A stretch of 64,000 nt of DNA from Eledone cirrhosa. Its lineage: Eukaryota. This document shows, in pieces, positions 40,701 to 54,075 of the stretch. Both the position numbers and the translations under genes were made by a program. The notes beneath the pieces were generated by a model. The model was not told the DNA's origin. It did not search any database and saw only the letters and a list, made by a program, of their open reading frames with translations. Positions within the stretch are counted from its first letter, which is position 1. Every line of letters starts with the position of its first letter. Where the stretch lies: the NCBI GenBank assembly GCA_964016885.1, contig OZ024763.1:11284001-11348000 (forward strand), in the 5' to 3' direction.

Positions 40701-43700
40701 GAGTGATGCTAGAGCTGTGAAATCTTGCATGTTGAAAAATAAACCTCATTTGGTCATTCCATGAGAGTATCTTGGTCAGCCTATGAAGGAGTGATGCTAG
40801 AGCTGTGAAATCTTGCATGTTGAAAAATAAACCTCATTTGGTCATTCCATGAGAGTATTTTGGTCAGCCTATGAAGGAGTGATGCTAGAGCTGTGAAATC
40901 TTGTATGTTGAAAAATAAACCTCATTTGGTCATTCCATGAGAGTGTCTTGGTCAGCCTATGAAGGAGTGATGCTAGAGCTGTGAAATCTTGCATGTGGAA
41001 AAATAAACCTCATTTGGTCATTCCATGAGAGTATCTTGGTCAGCCTATGAAGGAGTGATGCTAGAGCTGTGAAATCTTGCATGTTGAAAAATAAACCTCA
41101 TTTGGTCATTCAATGAGAGTATCTTGGTCAGCCTATGAAGGAGTGATGCTAGAGCTGTGAAATCTTGCATGTGGAAAAAGTAACCTCATTTGGTCATTCC
41201 ATGAGAGTATCTTGGTCAGCCTATGAAGGAGTGATGCTAGAGCTGTGAAATCTTGCATGTTGAAAAATAAACCTCATTTGGTCATTCCTTGAGAGTATCT
41301 TGGTCAGCCTAAGAAGGAGTGATGCTAGAGCTGTGAAATCTTGCATGTTGAAAAATAAACCTCATTTGGTCATTCCATGAGAGTATCTTGGTCAGCCTAT
41401 GAAGGAGTGATGCTAGAGCTGTGAAATCTTGCATGTTGAAAAATAAACCTCATTTGGTCATTCCATGAGAGTATCTTGGTCAGCCTATGAAGGAGTGATG
41501 CTAGAGCTGTGAAATTTTGCATGTGGAAAAAGTAACCTCATTTGGTCATTCCATGAGAGTATCTTGGTCAGCCTATGAAGGAGTGATGCTAGAGCTGTGA
41601 AATCTTGTATGTTGAAAAATAAACCTCATTTGGTCATTCCATGAGAGTATCTTGGTCAGCCTATGAAGGAGTGATGCTAGAGCTGTGAAATCTTGCATGT
41701 TGAAAAGTAAACCTCATTTGGTCATTCCATGAGAGTATTTTGGTCAGCCTATGAAGGATTGATGCTAGAGCTGTGAAATCTTGCATGTTGAAAAATAAAC
41801 CTAATTTGGTCATTCCATGAAAGTATTTTGGTCAGCCTATGAAGGAGTGATGCTAGAGCTGTGAAATCTTGCATGTTGAAAAATAAACCTCATTTGGTCA
41901 TTCCATTAGAGTATCGTGGTCAGCCTATGAAGGAGTGATGCTAGAGCTGTGAAATCTTGCATGTGAAAAAAGTAACCTCATTTGGTCATTCCATGAGAGT
42001 ATCTTGGTCAGCCTATGAAGGAGTGATGCTAGAGCTGTGAAATCTTGCAAGTTGAAAAATAAACCTCATTTGGTCATTCCATTAGAGTATCTTGGTCAGC
42101 CTATGAAGGAGTGATGCTAGAGCTGTGAAATCTTGCATGTGAAAAAAGTAACCTCATTTGGTCATTCCATGAGAGTATCTTGGTCAGCCTATGAAGGAGT
42201 GATGCTAGAGCTGTGAAATCTTGTATGTTGAAAAATAACCTCATTTGGTCATTCCATGAGAGTATCTTGGTCAGCCTATGAAGGAGTGATGCTAGAGCTG
42301 CGAAATCTTGCATGTTGAAAAATAAACCTCATTTGGTCATTCCATGAGAGTATTTTGGTCAGCCTATGAAGGAGTGATGCTAGAGCTGTGAAATCTTGCA
42401 TGTTGAAAAATAAACCTAATTTGGTCATTCCATGAAAGTATTTTGGTCAGCCTATGAAGGAGTGATGCTAGAGCTGTGAAATCTTGCATGTTGAAAAATA
42501 AACCTCATTTGCTCATTCCATGAGAGTATCTTGGTCAGCCTAAGAAGGAGTGATGCTAGAGCTGTGAAATCTTGTATGTTGAAAAATAAACCTCATTTGG
42601 TCATTCCATGAGAGTATCTTGGTCAGCCTATGAAGGAGTGATGCTAGAGCTGTGAAATCTTGTATGTTGAAAAATAAACCTCATTTGGTCATTCCATGAG
42701 AGTATCTTGGTCAGCCTATGAAGGAGTGATGCTAGAGCTGTGAAATCTTGCATGTTGAAAAATAAACCTCATTTGGTCATTCCATGAGAGTATTTTGGTC
42801 AGCCTATGAAGGAGTGATGCTAGAGCTGTGAAATCTTGCATGTTGAAAAATAAACCTCATTTGCTCATTCCATGAGAGTGTCTTGGTCAGCCTATGAAGG
42901 AGTGATGCTAGAGCTGTGAAATCTTGCATGTTGAAAAATAAACCTCATTTGGTCATTCCATGAGAGTATTTTGGTCAGCCTATGAAGGAGTGATGCTAGA
43001 GCTGTGAAATCTTGCATGTTGAAAAATAAACCTCATTTGGTCACTCCATGAGAGTATCTTGGTCAGCCTATGAAGGAGTGATGCTAGAGCTGTGAAATCT
43101 TGCATGTTGAAAAATAAACCTCATTTGCTCATTCCATGAGAGTATCTTGGTCAGCCTAAGAAGGAGTGATGCTAGAGCTGTGAAATCTTGCATGTTGAAA
43201 AATAAACCTCATTTGGTCATTCCATGAGAGTATCTTGGTCAGCCTATGAAGGAGTGATGCTAGAGCTGTGAAATCTTGTATGTTGAAAAATAAACCTCAT
43301 TTGGTCATTCCATGAGAGTATTTTGGTCAGCCTATGAAGGAGTGATGCTAGAGCTGTGAAATCTTGTATGTTGAAAAATAAACCTCATTTGGTCATTCCA
43401 TGAGAGTGTCTTGGTCAGCCTATGAAGGAGTGATGCTAGAGCTGTGAAATCTTGCATGTGGAAAAATAAACCTCATTTGGTCATTCCATGAGAGTATCTT
43501 GGTCAGCCTATGAAGGAGTGATGCTAGAGCTGTGAAATCTTGCATGTTGAAAAATAAACCTCATATGGTCATTCCATGTGAGTATTTTGGTCAGCCTATG
43601 AAGGAGTGATGCTAGAGCTGTGAAATCTTGCATGTTGAAAAATAAACCTCATTTGGTCATTCCATGAGAGTATCTTGGTCAGCCTATGAAGGAGTGATGC

Positions 43701-45711
43701 TAGAGCTGTGAAATCTTGCATGTGGAAAAAGTAACCTCATTTGGTCATTCCATGAGAGTATCTTGGTCAGCCTATGAAGGAGTGATGCTAGAGCTGTGAA
43801 ATCTTGTATGTTGAAAAATAAACCTCATTTGGTCATTCCATGAGAGTATCTTGGTCAGCCTATGAAGGAGTGATGCTAGAGCTGTGAAATCTTGCATGTT
43901 GAAAAATAAACCTCATTTGGTCATTCCATGAGAGTATTTTGGTCAGCCTATGAAGGAGTGATGCTAGAGCTGTGAAATCTTGCATGTTGAAAAATAAACC
44001 TCATTTGCTCATTCCATGAGAGTGTCTTGGTCAGCCTATGAAGGAGTGATGCTAGAGCTGTGAAATCTTGCATGTTGAAAAATAAACCTCATTTGGTCAT
44101 TCCATGAGAGTATTTTGGTCAGCCTATGAAGGAGTGATGCTAGAGCTGTGAAATCTTGCATGTTGAAAAATAAACCTCATTTGGTCACTCCATGAGAGTA
44201 TCTTGGTCAGCCTATGAAGGAGTGATGCTAGAGCTGTGAAATCTTGCATGTTGAAAAATAAACCTCATTTGGTCTTTCCTTGAGAGTATCTTGGTCAGCC
44301 TAAGAAGGAGTGATGCTAGAGCTGTGAAATCTTGCATGTTGAAAAATAAACCTCATTTGGTCATTCCATGAGAGTATTTTGGTCAGCCTATGAAGGAGTG
44401 ATGCTAGAGCTGTGAAATCTTGCATGTTGAAAAATAAACCTCATTTGGTCACTCCATGAGAGTATCTTGGTCAGCCTATGAAGGAGTGATGCTAGAGCTG
44501 TGAAATCTTGCATGTTGAAAAATAAACCTCATTTGGTCATTCCTTGAGAGTATCTTGGTCAGCCTAAGAAGGAGTGATGCTAGAGCTGTGAAATCTTGCA
44601 TGTTGAAAAATAAACCTCATTTGGTCATTCCATGAGAGTATCTTGGTCAACCTATGAAGGAGTGATGCTAGAGCTGTGAAATCTTGCATGTGGAAAAATA
44701 AACCTCATTTGGTCATTCCATGAGAGTATGTTGGTCAGCCTATGAAGGAGTGATGCTAGAGCTGTGAAATCTTGCATGTTGAAAAATAAACCTCATTTGG
44801 TCATTCCATGAGAGTATTTTGGTCAGCCTATGAAGGAGTGATGCTAGAGCTGTGAAATCTTGCATGTTGAAAAATAAACCTCATTTGGTCATTCCATGAG
44901 AGTATCTTGGTCAGCCTATGAAGAAGTGATGCTAGAGCTGTGAAATCTTGCATGTGGAAAAAGTAACCTCATTTGGTCATTCCATGAGAGTATCTTGGTC
45001 AGCCTATGAAGGAGTGATGCTAGAGCTGTGAAATCTTGTATGTTGAAAAATAAACCTCATTTGGTCATTCCATGAGAGTATCTTGGTCAGCCTATGAAGG
45101 AGTGATGCTAGAGCTGTGAAATCTTGCATGTTGAAAAGTAAACCTCATTTGGTCATTCCATGAGAGTATTTTGGTCAGCCTATGAAGGATTGATGCTAGA
45201 GCTGTGAAATCTTGCATGTTGAAAAATAAACCTAATTTGGTCATTCCATGAAAGTATTTTGGTCAGCCTATGAAGGAGTGATGCTAGAGCTGTGAAATCT
45301 TGCATGTTGAAAAATAAACCTCATTTGGTCATTCCATGAGAGTATCGTGGTCAGCCTATGAAGGAGTGATGCTAGAGCTGTGAAATCTTGCATGTTGAAA
45401 AATAAACCTCATTTGGTCATTCCATGAGAGTGTCTTGGTCTGCCTATGAAGGAGTGATGCTAGAGCTGTGAAATATTGCATGTTGAAAAATAAACCTCAT
45501 TTGGTCATTCCATGAGAGTATCTTGGTCAGCCTATGAAGGAGTGATGCTAGAGCTGTGAAATCTTGCATGTTGAAAAATAAACCTCATTTGGTCATTCCA
45601 TGAGAGTATTTTGGTCAGCCTATGAAGGAGTGATGCTAGAGCTGTGAAATCTTGCATGTTGAAAAATAAACCTCATTTGGTCATTCCATGAGAGTATCCT
45701 GGTCAGCCTAT
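37791..45711. repeat. 88-bp satellite array 1, about 90 copies
   Basis: Unit CTATGAAGGAGTGATGCTAGAGCTGTGAAATCTTGCATGTTGAAAAATAAACCTCATTTGGTCATTCCATGAGAGTATCTTGGTCAGC. Confidence 0.98.
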
Positions 45712-45788
45712 TCACACACACACACATATATATATATATATGTATATGTATGTATATATATATATATAAGTAATTATATGTATATATG

Positions 45789-45833
<45 letters not shown>

Positions 45834-45846
45834 GTATGTATATATG

Positions 45847-45877
<31 letters not shown>

Positions 45878-46280
45878 GTATATATATATGTATGTATATA
45901 TATAAATATGTGTGTATGTATATATGTGTGTATGTATATATGTATGTATATATATAAATATGTGTGTATGTATATATGTATGTATATATATAAATCTGTG
46001 TGTATGTATATATGTATGAATATATATATATATGTGTGTATGTATATATATATGTGTGTATGTATATATATATGTATCTATATATATATGTGTGTATGTA
46101 TGTATGTATCTATATATATGTGTATGTATATATGTATGTATCTATATATGTGTATGTATATATGTATGTATGTATATATGTATGTATATATATATGTATG
46201 TATATATATATGTATGTATATATATATGTATGTATATATATATGTATGTATATATATATGTATGTATATATATATGTATG

Positions 46281-46318
<38 letters not shown>

Positions 46319-46378
46319 TGTATGTATGCATATGTATGTATATATATGTATGTCTGTATGTATGTATGTATATGTATG

Positions 46379-46411
<33 letters not shown>

Positions 46412-46437
46412 GTATATATATGTATGTATATATATAT

Positions 46438-48680
46438 CATCATCATCATCATCGTTTAACGTCCATATTCCACGCTTGCATGGGTTTGGATGGGGGTTTT
46501 CCCACTTGAGGCAAGAGTGGTTGTCTTGCTCGCATAGGACTGTCTGGTGGGTTTTCTACGGCTGGATGCCCTTCCTAACACCAACCACATTTACAGTGTG
46601 GAACTGGGAGGTTTTTACCGTTTTACCTACACGGCCACATTACAGCGTGGACTGTGTTTTTTTGTCATGACACCTACACGACCTCATTTGTTTCGGCCTG
46701 GATGTTGTGGTACAACATAACTTTACATTGAAAGGGGTGGTGTGGATGGGGTGGGGGTAGTGGGACGGGGATGTATTTTTTTAGAGGTGCCTACTGACTG
46801 TAGTAGGTTTTACTTTTTATTTAGGTAAGGCGGGTCTTCTCTATTACTGTGTAACGCCAAAGATCTCGGTCCAGTGACATTGTCTTGGAGAGGTGTAAGT
46901 GTGTGAGGTCGGAATTTATCAAGTCGTCCCAGGTTTTTCTGGGTCTGCCTACTCCGTGGCTACCGTCTATTTTTATTGCCCTGCACTTTTTTATGCAGCT
47001 GTCGTCTTTCATGCGCATCACGTGACCATACCAACGTAGCCTTCTCTCGAGTAAACAACATCTGATCCCTCTTATTTCTAATTTTTCCCTTAGTTCGTTT
47101 CTGCTTTGCTGTTCACGTATATTACTATTACACATCCAGCGGAGCATGCAAGCTTCGTTCCTCTCTAGTCTGCATATATCCTCTGCACACAATGCCCAGG
47201 TCTCACTGCCATGCAACATTGCTGTTCGTATGCAGGCATCATACAGCCTGCCTTTCATTTTTAGGGAGAACCCTTTAGCGGCTAATAGTGGTATAAGCTC
47301 TCTGAACTTTTTCTATCCAGTTCTGACTCTAGCTACTGTACTTTCAGAGCACCCTCCCCCACTGCTGATTTTGTCACCCAGGTAACGGAAGCTGTCCACT
47401 ACTTCTATAGAACCAAGAAAGAGCTAGTATTCTCTGGGCACTTGCTGCTACTTATTGCACCAGAGCACCGGCCACATATAAAATCTATGTTCTAACTTAG
47501 CTTACCTGTGATCCCACTACATCTTTTATGCACCCATACTTTGCATTTGGGACATAAAATAGAATTTCTACCTACTCCTTTCCAACACACTGAGCATGGC
47601 CATTTCCCGGATGGGACCGGCGCCCTATTTTCCTTCCTACAAACTAGAACTTTAGTCTTAGACAGGTTAATTTTAAGGCTTTTTGATTCTAGGCCATGCT
47701 TCCATGTTTGGAATTTCTTCTCTAGTTCCGCCATTGATTCAGCTATGAGCGTTAGATCATCTGCGTATAGGAGTTCCCATGGGCAGCCGGTCTTGAACTC
47801 CACTGTTATAGCCTGAAGGGCAATAATAAATAGTAGGGGGCTAAGAACGGAGCCCTGATGAACACCAACTTTTACGCTAAACTTTTCACTATATTCGTTG
47901 TTAATTCTAACCTTGCTGACTGTTTCTTTATACATGGCTTGTATAGCTCTCACAAGCCATTCATCAACACCTAGTTTTCTAAGAGCCCACCAGATAATGG
48001 AACGGGGGACTCTGTCGAAGGCCTTCGCCAAGTCGACAAAAGCTAAGTATAGGGGTTTACTTTTAGCTAGGTACTTCTCTTGTAGTTGTCGTACAATGAA
48101 AAGAGTGTCTGTGGTACTTTTGCCTGACACAAACCCGAACTGCATGTCATCTAGATCAATTCTCTCTCTGATTAGTTGCACTATTACTTTTTCTGTGACC
48201 TTCATGACCTGGTCGATTAATTTAATGCCTCTATAGTTACTCCTATCTAGGGCATCTCCTTTACCCTTGTAGCAGTTAATGATGATGCTGCTACGCCAGT
48301 CCTTCGGAACAACCCCATTCTGTATGACTTGGTTTACTATCCGGGTGACCATAGTGTGTCCCACCATACCAGATGCCTTCAACATCTCAGCAACTATTTC
48401 CGAAGGCCCAGCCGACTTACCCATCTTTATATCTTTGATTGCCTTACTTATTATACTACCTTCGACTAACACTGCTGGTCCCTCTATTGGGTCGATGTGG
48501 GGGAGACTGTCTTTTTCCCATTTATTCTCCTCATTTAGTAGCCTTTCGTAGTGACACTTCCAATCTACCTTCTTATCAGCGTCAGTGATGGCAGGTACAC
48601 CATCATCATTAAGTCCACACTTCTCCCCGACAATATCACGGTTTTCCTTGACACATTGCCTAGCAATCCTGAACACCTCA
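46438..48680 (-). mobile_element. 5'-truncated RTE-clade LINE, copy 1: reverse transcriptase plus PHD-like zinc finger
   Basis: ORF 47492-48676 has NYRGIKL, QFGF, FVDLAKAFD, GVHQGSVLSP, YADD and CSVC...CPKC..WVHKRC; frameshifted C-terminus at 46821-47258 (RRLRWYGHVMR, GRPRKTW); (CAT)n tail. Confidence 0.95.
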
Positions 48681-48775
48681 TATATATATAGAGATATCTA
48701 TATATACGTATATATAACTATGTATATATATATATAGATATCTATATATACGTATATATAACTATGTATATATAT

Positions 48776-48822
<47 letters not shown>

Positions 48823-50287
48823 AATGTATATATATACATATTTATATGTGTGTGTGTGTGTGTGTGTATTATGTGGGTCTCAATATGTAAACAAAACGCG
48901 TAACACTGACTTCAGAAAAATCAGTGTTAGTCGATTAGAAAAATCATCAACTTCTGCGACCTTAAAGTATCCCTACAAAATCTCAATTAATAATCTGTAC
49001 AATTGTGAAAGTTATCAAGAAAGCAACTTACTAAAGTGAAAGGTATGATTTTACAAAATAGTAAGTTGAATGAGTTGTTTCCCTTAGATGAAAGACAACA
49101 AAACGAGGAGTCTACTGAATGCTAGAAATGGCAGCCACTGTAATATTATAAATAATGATAGTTTTAGTGGTTAAACAACCCTCAAATATATGCCATATTC
49201 AACAGTTTACCCTATAATACCATACAAAACTGATGAAAACCCTCTTCAATGGTTAAAAATACTAGAAATGGCGACTAAATATCCCTCAAATCACAGAGTA
49301 GTGACACTGGAAGTATTTAGAACAAATTCAATGATATATATAATATACGAGGGTAGGCTGACCAAGATACTCTCATGGAATGACCAAATGAGGTTTATTT
49401 TTCAACATGCAAGATTTCACAGCTCTAGTATCACTCTTTCATAGGCTGACCAAGATACTCTCATGGAATGACCAAATGAGGTTTGTTTTTCAACATGCAA
49501 GATTTCACAGCTCTAGCATCACTCCTTCATAGGCTGACCAAGATACTCTCACGGAATGACCAAATGAGATTTATTTTTCAACATGCAAGATTTCACACCC
49601 TAGCATCACTCCTTCATAGTGAGCCTATGAACTTTTCAGCCTACCTTCGTATATGTAAACAATGTATTTATTTAATTTACAAATAATTACTATTGCTACA
49701 GTTAAAAAATGTATAAAAAATACTTTAAATTCAGTTTTTAATTCTTGCAACAATTGTGTCAATAGTTAAAGAAATTCGAAATAATTTTTGCACCCATTTT
49801 TGCGATTAAGTAAAGACGGAGTTATCGTTCTTGAGATTTCGGCTCGGACAAATTTAAGGAACTGATGTCGCTAAATCGCCAAATCATTTACCTGCCCCGT
49901 TGCCTCATGGGAGGGTAATGGCTGCCTTTTATTTTTTAAACGATGGCAGATTCTTTAGTTTCTTTCGCAACATCTTGTTCCTTGTTTCATATAAGTAAAT
50001 AATTAGAACATTTTGGCGAGAAAGATATAAAAAAGACTGCCATGGTTTTTGAAAGATAAAAGGCAGCCATTACCCTCCCATGATGCAACGGGGCAGGTAA
50101 ATGATTTGGCGATTTAGCGACATCAGTTCCTTAAATTTCTCTGAGCCGAAATCTCAAGAACGATAACTCCGTCTTTACTTAATCGCAAAAATGGGTGCAA
50201 AAATTATTTCGAATTTCTTAGTAATTATTTGTATATTAAATACATTGTTTGCATATAAGAAGGTAGGCTTAAAAGTTCATAGGCCAA

Positions 50288-53200
50288 CTATGAAGGAGTG
50301 ATGCTAGAGCTGTGCAATCTTGCATGTTGAAAAATAAACCTCATTTGGTCAGCCTATGAAGGAGTGATGCTAGAGCGGTGAAATCTTGCATGTTGAAAAA
50401 TAAACCTCATTTGGTCATTCCATGAGAGTATCTTGGTCAGCCTATGAAGGAGTGATGCTAGAGCTGTGCAATCTTGCGTGTGGAATAATAAACCTCATTT
50501 GGTCATTCCATGAGAGTATCTTGGTCAGCCTATGAAGGAGTGATGCTAGAGCTGTGAAATCTTGCATGTTGAAAAATAAACCTCATTTGGTCATTCCATG
50601 AGAGTATTTTGGTCAGCCTATGAAGGAGTGATGCTAGAGCTGTGAAATCTTGCATGTTGAAAAATAAACCTCATTTGGTCACTCCATGAGAGTATCTTGG
50701 TCAGCCTATGAAGGAGTGATGCTAGAGCTGTGAAATCTTGCATGTTGAAAAATAAACCTCATTTGCTCATTCCATGAGAGTATCTTGGTCAGCCTAAGAA
50801 GGAGTGATGCTAGAGCTGTGAAATCTTGCATGTTGAAAAATAAACCTCATTTGGTCATTCCATGAGAGTATCTTGGTCAGCCTATGAAGGAGTGATGCTA
50901 GAGCTGTGAAATCTTGTATGTTGAAAAATAAACCTCATTTGGTCATTCCATGAGAGTATTTTGGTCAGCCTATGAAGGAGTGATGCTAGAGCTGTGAAAT
51001 CTTGTATGTTGAAAAATAAACCTCATTTGGTCATTCCATGAGAGTGTCTTGGTCAGCCTATGAAGGAGTGATGCTAGAGCTGTGAAATCTTGCATGTGGA
51101 AAAATAAACCTCATTTGGTCATTCCATGAGAGTATCTTGGTCAGCCTATGAAGGAGTGATGCTAGAGCTGTGAAATCTTGCATGTTGAAAAATAAACCTC
51201 ATATGGTCATTCCATGTGAGTATTTTGGTCAGCCTATGAAGGAGTGATGCTAGAGCTGTGAAATCTTGCATGTTGAAAAATAAACCTCATTTGGTCATTC
51301 CATGAGAGTATCTTGGTCAGCCTATGAAGGAGTGATGCTAGAGCTGTGAAATCTTGCATGTGGAAAAAGTAACCTCATTTGGTCATTCCATGAGAGTATC
51401 TTGGTCAGCCTATGAAGGAGTGATGCTAGAGCTGTGAAATCTTGTATGTTGAAAAATAAACCTCATTTGGTCATTCCATGAGAGTATCTTGGTCAGCCTA
51501 TGAAGGAGTGATGCTAGAGCTGTGAAATCTTGCATGTTGAAAAATAAACCTCATTTGGTCATTCCATGAGAGTATTTTGGTCAGCCTATGAAGGAGTGAT
51601 GCTAGAGCTGTGAAATCTTGCATGTTGAAAAATAAACCTCATTTGCTCATTCCATGAGAGTGTCTTGGTCAGCCTATGAAGGAGTGATGCTAGAGCTGTG
51701 AAATCTTGCATGTTGAAAAATAAACCTCATTTGGTCATTCCATGAGAGTATTTTGGTCAGCCTATGAAGGAGTGATGCTAGAGCTGTGAAATCTTGCATG
51801 TTGAAAAATAAACCTCATTTGGTCACTCCATGAGAGTATCTTGGTCAGCCTATGAAGGAGTGATGCTAGAGCTGTGAAATCTTGCATGTTGAAAAATAAA
51901 CCTCATTTGGTCTTTCCTTGAGAGTATCTTGGTCAGCCTAAGAAGGAGTGATGCTAGAGCTGTGAAATCTTGCATGTTGAAAAATAAACCTCATTTGGTC
52001 ATTCCATGAGAGTATTTTGGTCAGCCTATGAAGGAGTGATGCTAGAGCTGTGAAATCTTGCATGTTGAAAAATAAACCTCATTTGGTCACTCCATGAGAG
52101 TATCTTGGTCAGCCTATGAAGGAGTGATGCTAGAGCTGTGAAATCTTGCATGTTGAAAAATAAACCTCATTTGGTCATTCCTTGAGAGTATCTTGGTCAG
52201 CCTAAGAAGGAGTGATGCTAGAGCTGTGAAATCTTGCATGTTGAAAAATAAACCTCATTTGGTCATTCCATGAGAGTATCTTGGTCAACCTATGAAGGAG
52301 TGATGCTAGAGCTGTGAAATCTTGCATGTGGAAAAATAAACCTCATTTGGTCATTCCATGAGAGTATGTTGGTCAGCCTATGAAGGAGTGATGCTAGAGC
52401 TGTGAAATCTTGCATGTTGAAAAATAAACCTCATTTGGTCATTCCATGAGAGTATTTTGGTCAGCCTATGAAGGAGTGATGCTAGAGCTGTGAAATCTTG
52501 CATGTTGAAAAATAAACCTCATTTGGTCATTCCATGAGAGTATCTTGGTCAGCCTATGAAGAAGTGATGCTAGAGCTGTGAAATCTTGCATGTGGAAAAA
52601 GTAACCTCATTTGGTCATTCCATGAGAGTATCTTGGTCAGCCTATGAAGGAGTGATGCTAGAGCTGTGAAATCTTGTATGTTGAAAAATAAACCTCATTT
52701 GGTCATTCCATGAGAGTATCTTGGTCAGCCTATGAAGGAGTGATGCTAGAGCTGTGAAATCTTGCATGTTGAAAAGTAAACCTCATTTGGTCATTCCATG
52801 AGAGTATTTTGGTCAGCCTATGAAGGATTGATGCTAGAGCTGTGAAATCTTGCATGTTGAAAAATAAACCTAATTTGGTCATTCCATGAAAGTATTTTGG
52901 TCAGCCTATGAAGGAGTGATGCTAGAGCTGTGAAATCTTGCATGTTGAAAAATAAACCTCATTTGGTCATTCCATGAGAGTATCGTGGTCAGCCTATGAA
53001 GGAGTGATGCTAGAGCTGTGAAATCTTGCATGTTGAAAAATAAACCTCATTTGGTCATTCCATGAGAGTGTCTTGGTCTGCCTATGAAGGAGTGATGCTA
53101 GAGCTGTGAAATATTGCATGTTGAAAAATAAACCTCATTTGGTCATTCCATGAGAGTATCTTGGTCAGCCTATGAAGGAGTGATGCTAGAGCTGTGAAAT

Positions 53201-53349
53201 CTTGCATGTTGAAAAATAAACCTCATTTGGTCATTCCATGAGAGTATTTTGGTCAGCCTATGAAGGAGTGATGCTAGAGCTGTGAAATCTTGCATGTTGA
53301 AAAATAAACCTCATTTGGTCATTCCATGAGAGTATCCTGGTCAGCCTAT
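50288..53349. repeat. 88-bp satellite array 2, about 35 copies
   Basis: Same unit as array 1. Confidence 0.98.
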
Positions 53350-53426
53350 TCACACACACACACATATATATATATATATGTATATGTATGTATATATATA
53401 TATATAAGTAATTATATGTATATATG

Positions 53427-53471
<45 letters not shown>

Positions 53472-53484
53472 GTATGTATATATG

Positions 53485-53515
<31 letters not shown>

Positions 53516-53918
53516 GTATATATATATGTATGTATATATATAAATATGTGTGTATGTATATATGTGTGTATGTATATATGTATGTATATATATAAATATG
53601 TGTGTATGTATATATGTATGTATATATATAAATCTGTGTGTATGTATATATGTATGAATATATATATATATGTGTGTATGTATATATATATGTGTGTATG
53701 TATATATATATGTATCTATATATATATGTGTGTATGTATGTATGTATCTATATATATGTGTATGTATATATGTATGTATCTATATATGTGTATGTATATA
53801 TGTATGTATGTATATATGTATGTATATATATATGTATGTATATATATATGTATGTATATATATATGTATGTATATATATATGTATGTATATATATATGTA
53901 TGTATATATATATGTATG

Positions 53919-53956
<38 letters not shown>

Positions 53957-54006
53957 TGTATGTATGCATATGTATGTATATATATGTATGTCTGTATGTA
54001 TGTATG

Positions 54007-54040
<34 letters not shown>

Positions 54041-54075
54041 TATATATATGTATATATATGTATGTATATATATAT

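Noticed and set aside
47492-48676. Host RT gene, retron or active autonomous element
   Set aside because: 5'-truncated (no endonuclease), frameshifted after the zinc finger, ends in a LINE tail
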